From Basidiobolus meristosporus CBS 931.73 (lineage: Eukaryota; Fungi; Basidiobolomycota), in assembly GCA_002104905.1 (NCBI GenBank), contig MCFE01000046.1, positions 133,581 to 197,580 on the forward strand: a DNA stretch of 64,000 nt, in the 5' to 3' direction. This document shows, piece by piece, positions 41,369-53,459 of this stretch. Position numbers and translations under genes: made by a program. Positions within the stretch are counted from its first letter, which is position 1; each line of letters begins with the position of its first letter. The notes beneath the pieces were generated by a model that was given only the letters and a program-made list of their open reading frames with translations, was not told the origin of the DNA and did no database searches.

Positions 41369-41643
41369 CTAATTGTATTGAACGTTTTGCTCTGTCTCTG
41401 CCACAAGGGTTGTGTATTGTACATCTTGGGTGGGATGCATCAGAACGTATGGATATGAAGCGCTATCGTCTGAGTGTTCCGCTCCCTTTTGCTTTGCATA
41501 TTCTAATGCGTTGGCCCCACCCTCCAGTTCGAGACCGGGCCCTGTTTGATACTTGACATTGAAGCCTTTATTTAGGTTGGGGCAGCAACGGCAACTTGAT
41601 TCGCGGCAAGGCCTAGAATCACTGCTATGGTAGTAGAGCGCAT
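41369..41643 (-). pseudogene. Small secreted-protein gene with a 1-nt frameshift after the signal peptide (or an assembly error)
   Basis: TATA-like element ~50 nt upstream; MRSTTIAVILGLAANQVAVAAP then shifts into NLNKGFNVKYQTG... Confidence 0.5.
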
Positions 41644-41999
41644 GCTGAAGAATAGCTGAGCAATAAGTTAGTTGCATAGGCCGCTATATAATAAGGTTTG
41701 ACCGAGGGCATAAAGTATGGCTGAACATTGGAAATATCGAACCCTTGCAACCCAGAGAACCCTGGCTGCTCACCCGAAGTCTCGCTTGTCTGCATTGGCT
41801 CACTCATCTCCGAATCATCCCCTTCCTCAATTGATGGCTGGTATTCTTGACTAGGGACCGAAGTGTCCTGATAACAGGCATCCAGTTGTTCGACACATGG
41901 CTCATTGGTGTAGGCTACCTGGGAGTCGCCGAGTGGGGTAGCGGAGATTGCTTGCAATGAAGCGATGACAGAAACTAGCAAGAGGAAAGAAAGCTGCAT
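41625..41999 (-). CDS. Small secreted acidic protein of unknown function
   Basis: MQLSFLLLVSVIASLQAISATP signal; Glu/Ser-rich body; true C-terminus uncertain. Confidence 0.55.
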   Translation of the reverse strand: MQLSFLLLVSVIASLQAISATPLGDSQVAYTNEPCVEQLDACYQDTSVPSQEYQPSIEEGDDSEMSEPMQTSETSGEQPGFSGLQGFDISNVQPYFMPSVKPYYIAAYATNLLLSYSSACALLP

Positions 42000-42931
42000 G
42001 ACTGGCTGGTGGAGTCTCATGCAAATTATCCCGATTTATATCACCTTCTCGTACCCACTCAATTAGGCTTTGCGCTCATAGCACTAGCTTTAAGCGAGCT
42101 AGATTGATGGAGAACAGCGTCGTGTTAAGAGCTCAACCACCACAGTAACCTGTTGTTACAAGAAACTAGGGTTGTTGCTGATTACCTACGACTGTCATGG
42201 TGTGTACAGCACAGTACAGGCGAGAATAAATTGATTAGTTGTTTGCCAAGAGTTGGGGATATTGAGTGTATAGTGCTTGGGATAGTTGATGCTATCTTAG
42301 AGTTTCTTATTGCAGTACGCGCGTTTTCAATCAGTTATTTGTCAAGAAACAAGCCAAATGTGATCTTTATTTGTGTTACGCTTTAGCTATGCTACTTCGA
42401 TCGATAGCTTGGATGGCGTAGTGACAAGTTACTACAAATATTTACAGATATATCAGACTCCGAGATTCCCACGGTTGATTTCGACAGAGTGTGTTTTTCC
42501 TTTTTTTAGCAGTGTAGCTTGCCTGAATAAAGGTTTGACCAAAGGAACTGCCATCTCCGGTAAGCTTGATATGCGAGCCTTTTGGTACCTATGCTCCATC
42601 GCTATGCTGAGTGTCTCTTGCGGTAGTCAAATCATTGCCTAGCAGATGATGTACGCCATTGTCAGCCAGCATGTTGTAAAACTTGTTTCCTCAGGTAATG
42701 TTGCAGATTTGGCCTCATTTGTAGCCATTCATGATCTCTCGATCATTTCTCCAAGCTTGGCCTAAGACTCAGCACTTTAGGTGGGAAGCCACTATACTTA
42801 GTAGAAAAGGGCACATGAAGCAGCCGTTAGCATAATGACCCAACACTAAGCCACCACCTGAACAAGGTGATATAAAGCAGCTGGTGTGGGCTTGTCAGTC
42901 TTAAGACTTATTGCACTGCACTTCCTCTGCC

Positions 42932-43150
42932 ATGGTGTTCGATCAAGAAGCCCGTTTGTATTCTGCCGATGTCAGAGAAGAGATTGCCAGAGCCAAGAGA
43001 GTTAACAATGGAAACTACATCTCATTCACAGTCAGAGGGATTCGCTGGAATTGGAGAGGACCTGGAACTGGCGAGCTGTCCTTCAAGCAGATCCTCGAAG
43101 GCAGAAAGGGAACCGCCTACGTGGATAGCCAGACATGGGTAATCTCGTAG
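42932..43150 (+). CDS. 72-aa orphan small protein
   Basis: TATAAA at ~42871, GCCATG start, AATAAA at ~43228; codon-like sequence within AT-rich flanks. Confidence 0.6.
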   Translation: MVFDQEARLYSADVREEIARAKRVNNGNYISFTVRGIRWNWRGPGTGELSFKQILEGRKGTAYVDSQTWVIS

Positions 43151-46100
43151 GGTTTGGTTGGTGCTTGCGTAGCCGGTGGACTCTTGGAGATGTTGCTGTT
43201 AAGGATATCTAGCTGAAGCATTGCGAAATAAATGAGTCCAAATCTTGCATTCCTTTGACCCAGCTATATTATGCTCGTTGCACTGTGAGAATTTAACTCT
43301 CCTAGAAGAGCAAAACACTTTATTAAATATTTGTAGATTACTACTTTGAATGTCCAAGTGTAGCGTGAGAGCAGAGTTTTACATGCTTTTGATCAGATAT
43401 ACGTGTACAACTGCGATGTACAGGCAGTTCTTGGTGTCGGCATCCGTTCCAGTAATCAGTATCGTGTACACACGCTCCATACTTCTGAAGACAATCATTT
43501 CTGTTACGGTCAATATGATATGGCACTCCTGAGGACTTTTTAACATATATCCTAAATAACCTTGAGACGCATTAGCATCTATCAGCAGAACACCACTTTG
43601 AGTCTGTAAAGGCTATTATCGCTGATCTATGCAAGAGCTAAAGAAATCAACGTGTTTCCACTGGTCTCAAGAGGAAAATACAGTATCTTTAATAAATCCT
43701 AACCCTAAGCCTTGAAAACCACTTTTTTGGTGCTTCCTCAAGATATCCTTATGGTTAGTTTCAAAGAGAGTTTTTGCCAGAGTATATAAGCTTTGCTTCA
43801 GCCCTACCTACTACTACTGCAATGTCAGTTAGTACTATATATTTCTTTTGGTTTGGCAACACTTACGGCTTTCAGTATCTCAGGTCCTATCATTTTACAG
43901 ACAAGGATGAATATTTTCTAGGGAGTGAATAGGTCAAATAACCTATGCACAAGATTTAGCAATACACTACTCACAACTTCTATGATTATTTATAGCTAAA
44001 CCTAACCTTGGAGAAAGCATCAATATTTGAATCAGTCTAATGACTATTTCAAGCATTTGTATAATGCCTAGCATACTTTGTGTGGTAAGTCATAGTGTTT
44101 GTTAGGTGGCTTGCTTACTCCTCTTTGATGCAAGCAGTTGTGACATTTAAACTTACCAGGTGTGGGACAAGGATTACTGTTGGAAGCACTAACCTAAGGT
44201 TTACAATTCTGTACAGAATAGAAAATTTCAATGGTGCCTCAGTTATACCTTTTCTGGATAACTGTCACACAGACCTCAACTTCATCTAAGGTGGTGGGAT
44301 AGGGCATAACACTCTTGCATTCTCCACTCTCTGCCTGCATTTACATCTATAGCTTTTGGTGCCAAGTGCATATTGACAATGTGAAAGGGTTTACTATATA
44401 TTATAGGGGATACATAAGCTCTCATCAAGTCAAATTCTGCTTTTACTTCCAAATTGAATGATGGCTCATGTGCATATAGCAACCATCTGCCACATGGATC
44501 TGCATTAATAAACATCCTGAGAATTCTGATTTTAAGTGATTTATTTGCATAAGGGACTAGTTTAAGAATACTTAGATCCAGTTCTATCCACACATTCTTG
44601 GCTGAACAGAGAAGTCATCTGCAGAGCTGTTGTGGTGCTGTGATCCAGGATTATAGGCTGCAAAACTCCACAAAAATGCTCATTGTCACTTTTACAGCAT
44701 TACCAAGGTTTTACCACTAAGGGAACTTTGCAAAAAGATGCAGCTTATCCAAATGACTCCCAAAATCATCAACAGTCACCTCTTATGCTGATAGCCATTG
44801 ATAAGCTGCCTCAAACATCTTGCTATATTAGATCTTAACTTGGGCAATTCTTATATACAGAGTTTGGGGGAAGTAATGGGTTCCATATCTACTGAAGAAC
44901 TCATCCAACTTTTAAGTACAACTCAAATGGCCTTGACAGGTCTTTGTATGGTTGCATATAAGAGCATATAGATTTCTAGGGGAAGTGAAAGTCCTCACAG
45001 GGGTGAAATCTTTATTATTGCACAGTAGGGGGTGACAAGGGTTAAGGTATAGTGCTTATAGCAGAAGTTAGAACTGCAAGAGCCCTCAGAGATGTGGTAA
45101 CCCAGAGAATAACAGAGGCAGGGGTATGGGGATGCAATCATTTAATATACTTCCTTCAATATCAATACTATCATATACCTTATCTATTAAAATCTTGGAT
45201 ATGTTACACATCTATTTAATTGGTTTTTCCAATTTTTCTGACATTAATCACTGCTAGATGAGAGTATTTTAGTAATAGTTAGAGTAGCAACTGATGTGAG
45301 AGATGTAGTCCTCTAGTGAATAACACAATTAGGGTGTATCAGGGGGGCAATCCCTCATGTACTTTCTAATCATTGCTATAATTTCAAAATCTCTCATATG
45401 ACAGCTATAAGATTCTAATAGCTTAGTTACACACCACTCTGCTATAATGCTTGAGGAATTATGTGAATACAGGAGTTGTGGTAAAGGTTGAATAGGGTAA
45501 GAAGACAAGAGGTCTGGAGCATGCAGTCTCCCAGACAAAAAACAATGTGGATGTCTTATGGATGCAATCCCTCAACATATTTCTTTCAAATCAACTTTGT
45601 CTTTGCTTTTGATTATATATCCAGTTAGCAAAACCAGATTTAATGATACCAATTTTTCTAACCCTAAGCATTATTTGGTTTGATACAATTATCAATATAA
45701 TATATCTATGGCTATATATATTATATATAGATCATGGTCTTTACCATTTTGGTGTAATTTTTAGATATAATGGAGTCATTTCCCTGTAATCAATAAGAAC
45801 TAAAATAAAAAATGCTATATAACATTTCAAAGTATACTGAAATAATATGGCTTAGTTGAATAGTATAGATCTTCAATCAATATTGCAATAAAATTCAAGA
45901 TTGACAATTTTAGCACTATTTTCAGAGGTCTCCTCAGATAATCGATCTACATTTATTTGGTTTGAAATATTACGATCAAGAGAAACATTACAAACATAGT
46001 TTCTAATAACATCCTACGGATGACATAATTTATTCGAGGGCGATCAAGAGAAACCTCAGGGAAGAAGATTTACTCGCGCATATTACCGCACCACACCACA

Positions 46101-46632
46101 ATCTAGCATAGAGAGCCAATGCATCCGCTGCTTTTACAATAGGAGTGAATACTCTCATGTGTGTACTAGGAACCAGAGAGGATACATAATCTATTGTGGA
46201 GTGGCCTAGACAGCAGCTATCTCGACCTCGTCATATCCTCACCTGTGTATCGGAGAAGATAACCCTCATGCATAGTATACGCAATATTGTACTCGTGTAT
46301 GCACCTGGTTGGTTGTCTCTTACATCATGGGCGAGGGGTGAGTGAGGGGTGAGCTATACACCGGGATTGTCAAACAGCCAACTCATTATTCTCCTGTTGA
46401 CAATAAAGATAACGGGACAATTTCAAAAGTGTGGGTGATATCAACGCTGAATTGCTGCGTATCATATCGCTCAAGAGATCACACGTAGGCGGTGGCCAAA
46501 GCGACGCTCCAGATGCTACTCATTTAGCTATATATAGCACTCCGCAACCTGGCTTTTCTGACGCAAATCCCTCTCTTTTTGATACGGAATTGATCACAGC
46601 GTCCACACAGACTGATCGACAACCACTCAGCA

Positions 46633-47231
46633 ATGGTATATCAAATCAGAATCGTCCAAGATGAAGAAGGAATTAACCAAATCCAAAGACTTCTTTACAC
46701 GGTCTACATCGAGGAGGGCAAGTGGAAGTTCAACCCTGCCAATCCAGCTGGGATAAGGATTGTGGACGATAGGCTAATTGACAACCGGGATGATATCGCG
46801 ACATACTTTGGTGCATTCAGCAACAAGAAACTAATAGGCTGTTGCCGAATCTGTCCAAGACATGAAGGTTTATTTGAGATCCAGAGTTACACCAGCAAAC
46901 CTTTGAGCCTACTGAATACAAAGAACTTGGTGGAGGGTTCAAGGAGTGCAGTACTGCCTGAGTATAGAGAGCACGGAGTATTCCGTATTATGTTTCGTGA
47001 AGTTCTCCAATACTGTTATCAACGAGATCTTTTGCTATTTACTTGTACTAGTTCAAAGGAACTTCGACGTGTTTTTCAAATTATTGACTTCCAATGGTTG
47101 AGAATTTCTCATTCAAATATGAATCCCACGACCCAGAAGAGTGCCAACTGTTTATGGTCAAGTCCCGACGAGACTTACTCAATAGTATTTCAAAACTTTG
47201 CCCAACAGTTCCATTACATAGCCATCTCTAA
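46633..47231 (+). CDS. Intronless GNAT-fold acyltransferase, LuxI/FeeM (acyl-HSL / N-acyl amino acid synthase)-like; 1-nt frameshift at ~47091
   Basis: YTVYIEEGKW, IDNRDD...LIGCCRI, VEGSRSAVLPEYR; the shifted frame gives FPMVENFSFKYESHDPEECQLF. Confidence 0.65.
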
Positions 47232-47958
47232 GCTTGATAAATAAATCCAACTGATATTTTACCCTATTTTATAATATCCTAATTTTGATCAAAGCCTGAA
47301 TACATTCTATTTTGCATTATCCTAATTGCTGAATAATGCATAGTTACACCGTTTTCTATCTTTTCCTAGCTTTCAATTAATGTATATGCTCAATATATTT
47401 CTAATATTACTCTTCAACTATTCAGCATTCTTATGTATGGTTTTTTATTAATCAAATTATTATAAAGTATATCAGCCATCATTCAAATGGCTATCTATCT
47501 TAAAGCCATCCTAAAGGCTTATATACAATAATTAAATCTCAAATACATTAGACTTGTTCTGTTTTGTTGTACCAGGTAACTCCACTTCATTCTTTTACTT
47601 ACCATGTGCTGATATTTATTATGATATTTGTTCAAACTATGGTATGATGCCTTTTATTCATTTTCAATTCTCCCTCATATGCTGCTAAATACAACTCCCT
47701 GAACAGATATATGTGAATATAAATATACTGTATATCTACTAATATCAGAGCTTTTTCTTCAACTAGCAATTTTTCCATATTTGATGAGAAAACTTAGAGA
47801 TTAGTGTAACCTAGATAACAGATATGACAAATATATCCACATGAAAATACTACACTAGTTCCATTATTCCCAACTGATCTAGTGCTATAGTAAGTCATTT
47901 ATGCCATAAATAATGTAGCAATCTAATGGACCACAAAGACCAGATACCAAGTGTTATG

Positions 47959-49590
47959 TGTGGTAAAAACTTGTAATTCCACCTAAATATTCACTTGACT
48001 TAGTCACTTAGACAATCACCTACAAATCTTTGAGAATACTGACTAAATTCCATGTTGGAATATACTCAGAGTATTTTCACTAAAATATCATGTACCCAGA
48101 ACATGGAAATTATTAAAGTTGTCCAAACAGCCCCACACTTTGTGCACATGTTCATGGGACCTTCCTAAGTCTATTCTATGTGCTTTTCATGCTGGGATCA
48201 TGTAAAAGTATAAATATTACTTTACACTCAATAAATTATTAAGTGAGGACCACACAATCTACTTGTTCTCCCAATCACTTCCAATATCTCCAAGACACTT
48301 ACAGCAGGCTATATTCCCCAAGCTGTCACTCTCTGCAAAGTCTACCACTACTATTAATGGAATTTCTGTCCCTGCTGAAAAGTTGGATGGATCTGACCAC
48401 CATGTGTGGTAGATAACAATGAAAATCCTGTTACTAGAAAGTGGCCTTTGAGACATTGTCATGGGAGAGGAGATCCCTGCTAATGACATGGGAGAGGATT
48501 TATTCAAGTACCAGAAGAAAGTACAACATGCCCTCCACTGCATTTGACTTAATATCAAGGACAAATTGATAATTCAATGCACAAGTGCAAAAACAGCAAA
48601 GACTGCCTGAAAAGCACTAGAAGACACTAGCCAGTCATGTTCAGCTGCTAGGAAAATGTTTCCTAAGAGAAAACTCCTTACTACAAACATGCTCCCAGGA
48701 GATAAAATAAAAAATCTAATTAACAAAATTACCCTACTGGTGGATGTGATGGAATCTGTGGGCATACCAACAACTGATGAGGATATGATAGTTATCATGT
48801 TGAATAGCCTGACAGACAAGTCTCAGGGCTTTGTATCAGCCCTAGAGCTTGTAACTGAAGATTTGACCTTGAATTACATATGTGGAAGGCTCCTGGATGA
48901 AGAATTAAGAAAATCAAGTGCCAATAAGCTAGTAGAAGAAAATGCTTTAATAAGCAATGATAACCAACAAAGGAGGTACTCAAGACCCTTTAAAGACAAC
49001 AGCAACCTGTTTTGCAACTACTGTAAAGGGAAAGAACACACATTAGATGGGTGCTTCAAAAACAGAGACAATCAGCAAACAGAAGCCTCTACATGGAAAT
49101 ACCGTAACAACAGAAGATAAGCTATTTGCATCTACACTACATGTGACTACACACAAAGATTCTCAGATGTGGTACATTGACTTTGGAGCCTCTCAACACT
49201 TGAAACACCAAAAAAAAACATTTACCCAATATCAGGATACTCTAATCAAGAAGGTGTTCATGAGTGACAAAAGAACACTTGATGCAGCAGGAGAAGGGAC
49301 TTTCCAAGCAAACTTAGAAGCAGTGAAGGAAGCCATACACTAAGTGACCTTTAAAAAAGTACAATATGTACCAGAAATAGCCAAGAAACTACTATCTGTA
49401 AACAAGGCCACAGCAGAAGGATTTAGTTTCAGCTTTTGCAACTCTGGATGCAGGATCACTGATCCAAAGGTACCTATATCACTTCAGGTATCAGAGAACA
49501 CAATCTCTACAAGTTGACTTATATTCCTATCATATCTGGATGTCAATTGAAGTAACTTAGATGAAGAAATACCAATGCTTTGGTACAGGA
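47959..49590 (+). mobile_element. Copia 5' LTR (47959-48306) with gag/protease, truncated at GGTTAGG
   Basis: LTR family match; EKLDGS, WYIDFGASQH; ends at LWYRRLG. Confidence 0.88.
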
Positions 49591-49601
49591 GGTTAGGGGG
49601 G

Positions 49602-49710
49602 AGACAGTCACCAACTGGCAAAATCATTATTTCAGCTGAAACAGAGAAGCCAGCGCTACTGTTGTAGCTTTGATACAGAGTGTGTACTACTACTGTTGTA
49701 GCCTTGATAC
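49602..49710 (-). mobile_element. 3'-terminal fragment of LINE family A
   Basis: Near-identical to 59118-59205; fused to GGTTAGGGGG at 49591. Confidence 0.85.
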
Positions 49711-52394
49711 TGTTGTGAGTAGACACAAGGCAGGAGAGTAGAGCTAGGCAAGGCAGGGCCAGGAAAGGACTTAGGTGTGGATCAACAAGGAAAGGCTGGA
49801 TTATTCAAGCAAGCTGTTTATTCAAGCTGAGTTATCAGACTGAGGAATACATAAGGGGGGATAGGACAATATATACTTTTTGGCAATATAGATGCCAAGA
49901 GATATTGGCTAATACTGATGGCATTCTGGGGTGAGGCACAGTAGGTGTTCCAAGATAGAAATATACTTAAGAGCAGACTAGAATAACACATGGGGATATG
50001 TCAGGGGTCAGCTGACCATGTGACCTGGTCATGTGACATGCAAATACCATGTATGGTATTCAGCTACATATATTCCAAAGGGGAGCTTCCATAAAATGTT
50101 GCATTGAATGACATTGACTTGGAGCTTTGCAGAAGTTACTAAAATGTAGTAGTGATCCTAGTTTCTTATAGTCTAATTTGTCACAAGAATGGCTGGTAAC
50201 ATTTTTTCTTCTCCGGAGCCATACTGAATCTTCTTCATTAAGCTGGAGGCAAGGCCGGTGTTTGTTGTCTGCAAACTTCTTGTACCCCTGATGGGCTAAG
50301 GATAGTTCTTTCTTGAGTGTTACTAGGATTTCTATAATTGTTGATGCATGTTCAGCTGCATGGGGACTAATAGGGTTTGTTTGGATCTGAGTATCAAATT
50401 GGGGATGAAAACATTAACTTGCATAGAATGGGGTGAGACCAGTTACACTAAGACATGAGTTGTTGTAGGCAAATTCTACAGATATTAGCAACCGGGTCCA
50501 ATTGTCTTGCTCATAGTTGATATAGCACCAGAGGTATTGGTCAAGGATCTGGTTAATTCTCTCTGTCTGACCATCCTACTGAGGATGAAAAGTGGTTAGG
50601 AGCTTGATTTGCACACCAGATATTGCACAAAGTGTTTTCAGAATTTTGATATGAAATGGGCCCTCTATCAGATACAATGTCTCTTGGAAATACCATGCAG
50701 CCAGAAAATGCTCTTGATTACTAGGTGAGTAGTCTCCTTGGCGTCTACATTCTTGGAGCAGGAAATGAAGTGAGCCATCTTTGTGAGTCCATCAGCCACT
50801 ACCAGGATTGAGTTGAATTGGTAGGATTCTGCAAGGTTGGTTATGAAGTCCATTGAAATGGACTTCCATTGCTGGTCAGGAATTTGCAAGGGTTGAAGAA
50901 GTTAATATGGCTGGTGTATGGCAGATTTTGCACAATTACATGCATCACAGGATAGGAGGTACCCCTTAACATGGTATATCACCTTGGGCCACCAGAAGTC
51001 TCTCTTGGTTGCATTTATGGTTTTGGCGGTACCAAAATGTCCTGCAGCCATTGAATCATGGCACAAATGGATGATATCTAACTGAGTATCAAGGTCTGAG
51101 ACAAACAGTTGGTTCTGGTGATAGATAATGTCATTGACTAGATGTAGGTGCTAGAGGTTTGGGAACTTGAGTGGCAGGTCAGTGGGAGAAATGAGGTATT
51201 TCTTTATCATTGCCACCATGGAGTTGGTGGCTTAGCTGGTCTTGACTTTCTCAAGGAGTAAAGGAGCTATAATAAGGGAGGACTGGGTTGCAAGGAGTTC
51301 AAAATGTCTTTTGTTGAGTACAGGGCTTTTCATTTGCCAACAGGCATCATCCCTTCTTCAAGGGAATACTCTATTGTTCTGGAAAGGGCATCAGGATTTC
51401 CTTGTTTCAAACCTGGTCTATAGGTGATGACAAAGTCAAAGCTAGACAGCAAGAGGAACCATTTGGATTGTCTCTGGTTTAGCACCTTTGAGGTGGTAGA
51501 GTGCTCAGGGTTCTTGTGGTCCCAGAAGATCTTTATATTTTGGGCTGCACTATCAAGGTAGTGTCTCTGTTGTTCAAAGGCAACAAAAAGTGCAAGTAGC
51601 TCCTTGTCATAGATATTATAGTTTACTTCTGCTGCAATAAATTTCAAGAGTAAAGTGCAATAAGGTGTAGTACATTTTTGTTATCACACTGGGAAAGGAT
51701 GGCACCTAGGGCAGAATCAGTGGCAATGGTTTCCATGATGAAAGGTCTCCCAAGGTCAGGGTGGGCAAGCAATGGGGCACTCAAGAAGGACTTCTTGATA
51801 GAATCAAAGGACTCTGACTGCTCCTAATTCCAGGCAAAGGGCAGATTATACTGAGTGAGCTTTGTCAAGGGTGTGACTATCTTGGAGTAGTTGGCAATGA
51901 ATCTATGGTAAAAGTTGGCAAATCCAAGGAAGGATTGCACTTCTTTTCAGAACAGAAAGTTTCCTGGACTGGATGGCCGCTACTTTCTTGGGGTCCATTC
52001 TTGTTCCTTTAGAGCTTATGAGTTAGCCTAGGAACTCAATTTCTTTCAGGTTGAACTCTCATCTTTCCAGTTTTACATAGAGGCCAGCAGCGTCAAACTT
52101 GGTCAAGACTTTCTTCACATGGGAATGATGTTCTTCTTGAGTCTTGGAGTAGATCAGGATATCAACAAGGTAGATACCCATAAATTGGTCTAGGTATTCA
52201 AAGAATATGTCATTCATCAGTTATCAAAAGACAGCTGGAGCATTGGTAAGGCCAAATAGCATAACTCTATACTCCAAGTGACCATACTTGTTCTGAATGC
52301 AGTTTTTCATTCATCTCCAGGCTTGATTCCAACAAGGTCATAAGCTCCACTGAGATCAATTTTGGTAAATATTTTGGCAGAAGAGAGTAGATCC
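49711..52394 (-). mobile_element. Decayed Ty3/gypsy pol (RT, RNase H, IN) with candidate 3' LTR 49711-50038
   Basis: FGLTNAP, NYNIYDKELLA, YRPG...NPDALSR, SMDFITNL...VVADGLTKMAHFI; LTR boundaries low confidence. Confidence 0.85.
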
Positions 52395-53316
52395 TGTTGT
52401 AAAATTTGTAATTCTACCTAAATATTCTGCTAACATAGTCACTTAGAGCATTACCTACAAATCCTAGAAGATACTGACCAAACTCCTTGTTAGGATTTAC
52501 TTAGAATATTTTCACCACAATACCAGGCACCCAGAACATGAAAGTTCTCAAAGTTGTCAAAACAGCCCCAAACTTTGCACACATGCTCCTGGGACCTTCC
52601 TTTGCCTATTTAATGTGTAAAAGTATAAATATTGCTTTTACATTTGATAAATCATTAAGTGACAACCACATAATCTACTTGTCCTCCCAATCACTTCAAT
52701 ATCTCCAAGACTCTTACAACAAGTTATGAGCACCAAGCAGTCACTCTCTGCAATGTCCACTACTGCTATTACTGGAATTTTTCTCTCTTCTGAAAAGTTG
52801 AATGGATCTAACTAACAAATGTGCAAGGTGAAGATGAAGATGCTGTTACAAGAAAGAGGCCTTTGGAATGTAGTCATGGGAGAAGAATGCACTCCTAAAA
52901 ATGTGGGAGAGGAAGCCTTAAAGTACTAGAAGAAAGAACAAAGTGCCTTTAACTGCATTTGCCTTAATGTCAAGGACAAATTGCTAATTCAATGCTCAAG
53001 AGCAAAAATGGCAAAGAATGCCTGGAAGGCATTAGAAGACACCTACCAGTCATGTTCAGCTGCTAAGAAAATGTATCTGAGACAAAAATTCTTTACTACA
53101 AAGATGCAGCCAGGAGAAGAAATGAAAAATCTAATTAGCAGAATTACCCTGCAGGTAGATGAAATGGAATCTGTGAGTGTACCATCTACTGATGAGGATG
53201 TGATAATTACCAACCTGAATAGCCTGACAGACATGTTTAAGGGCCTTGTATCAGCCCTAAAGTCTAGAACTGAGGATTTGGCCTTAAATTACAAATATGG
53301 AAGGCTCCTGAATGAA
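52395..53316 (+). mobile_element. Copia 5' LTR (52395-52721), PBS and gag fragment, truncated at a telomere-like GGGTTAGG
   Basis: AGTTATGAGCACC PBS-like; gag YQSCSAAKKMYLRQKF; ends at YGRLLNE. Confidence 0.88.
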
Positions 53317-53459
53317 GGGTTAGGATAAGGGGGGAGAGAGTCACCAACAGGTGAAATCATTATTTCAGTTGATACAAAGAAGCCAGCACTACTGTTGTAG
53401 CATTGATACAAGAGTGTGTAGCTGAGGGGAACTTGTAGGTAAGTTTACAAGAAGTGATG

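Noticed and set aside
44282-44593. ORF with FHIVNMHLAP, faintly like a LINE endonuclease
   Set aside because: No GDFN/SDH or other supporting motifs; too decayed to call.
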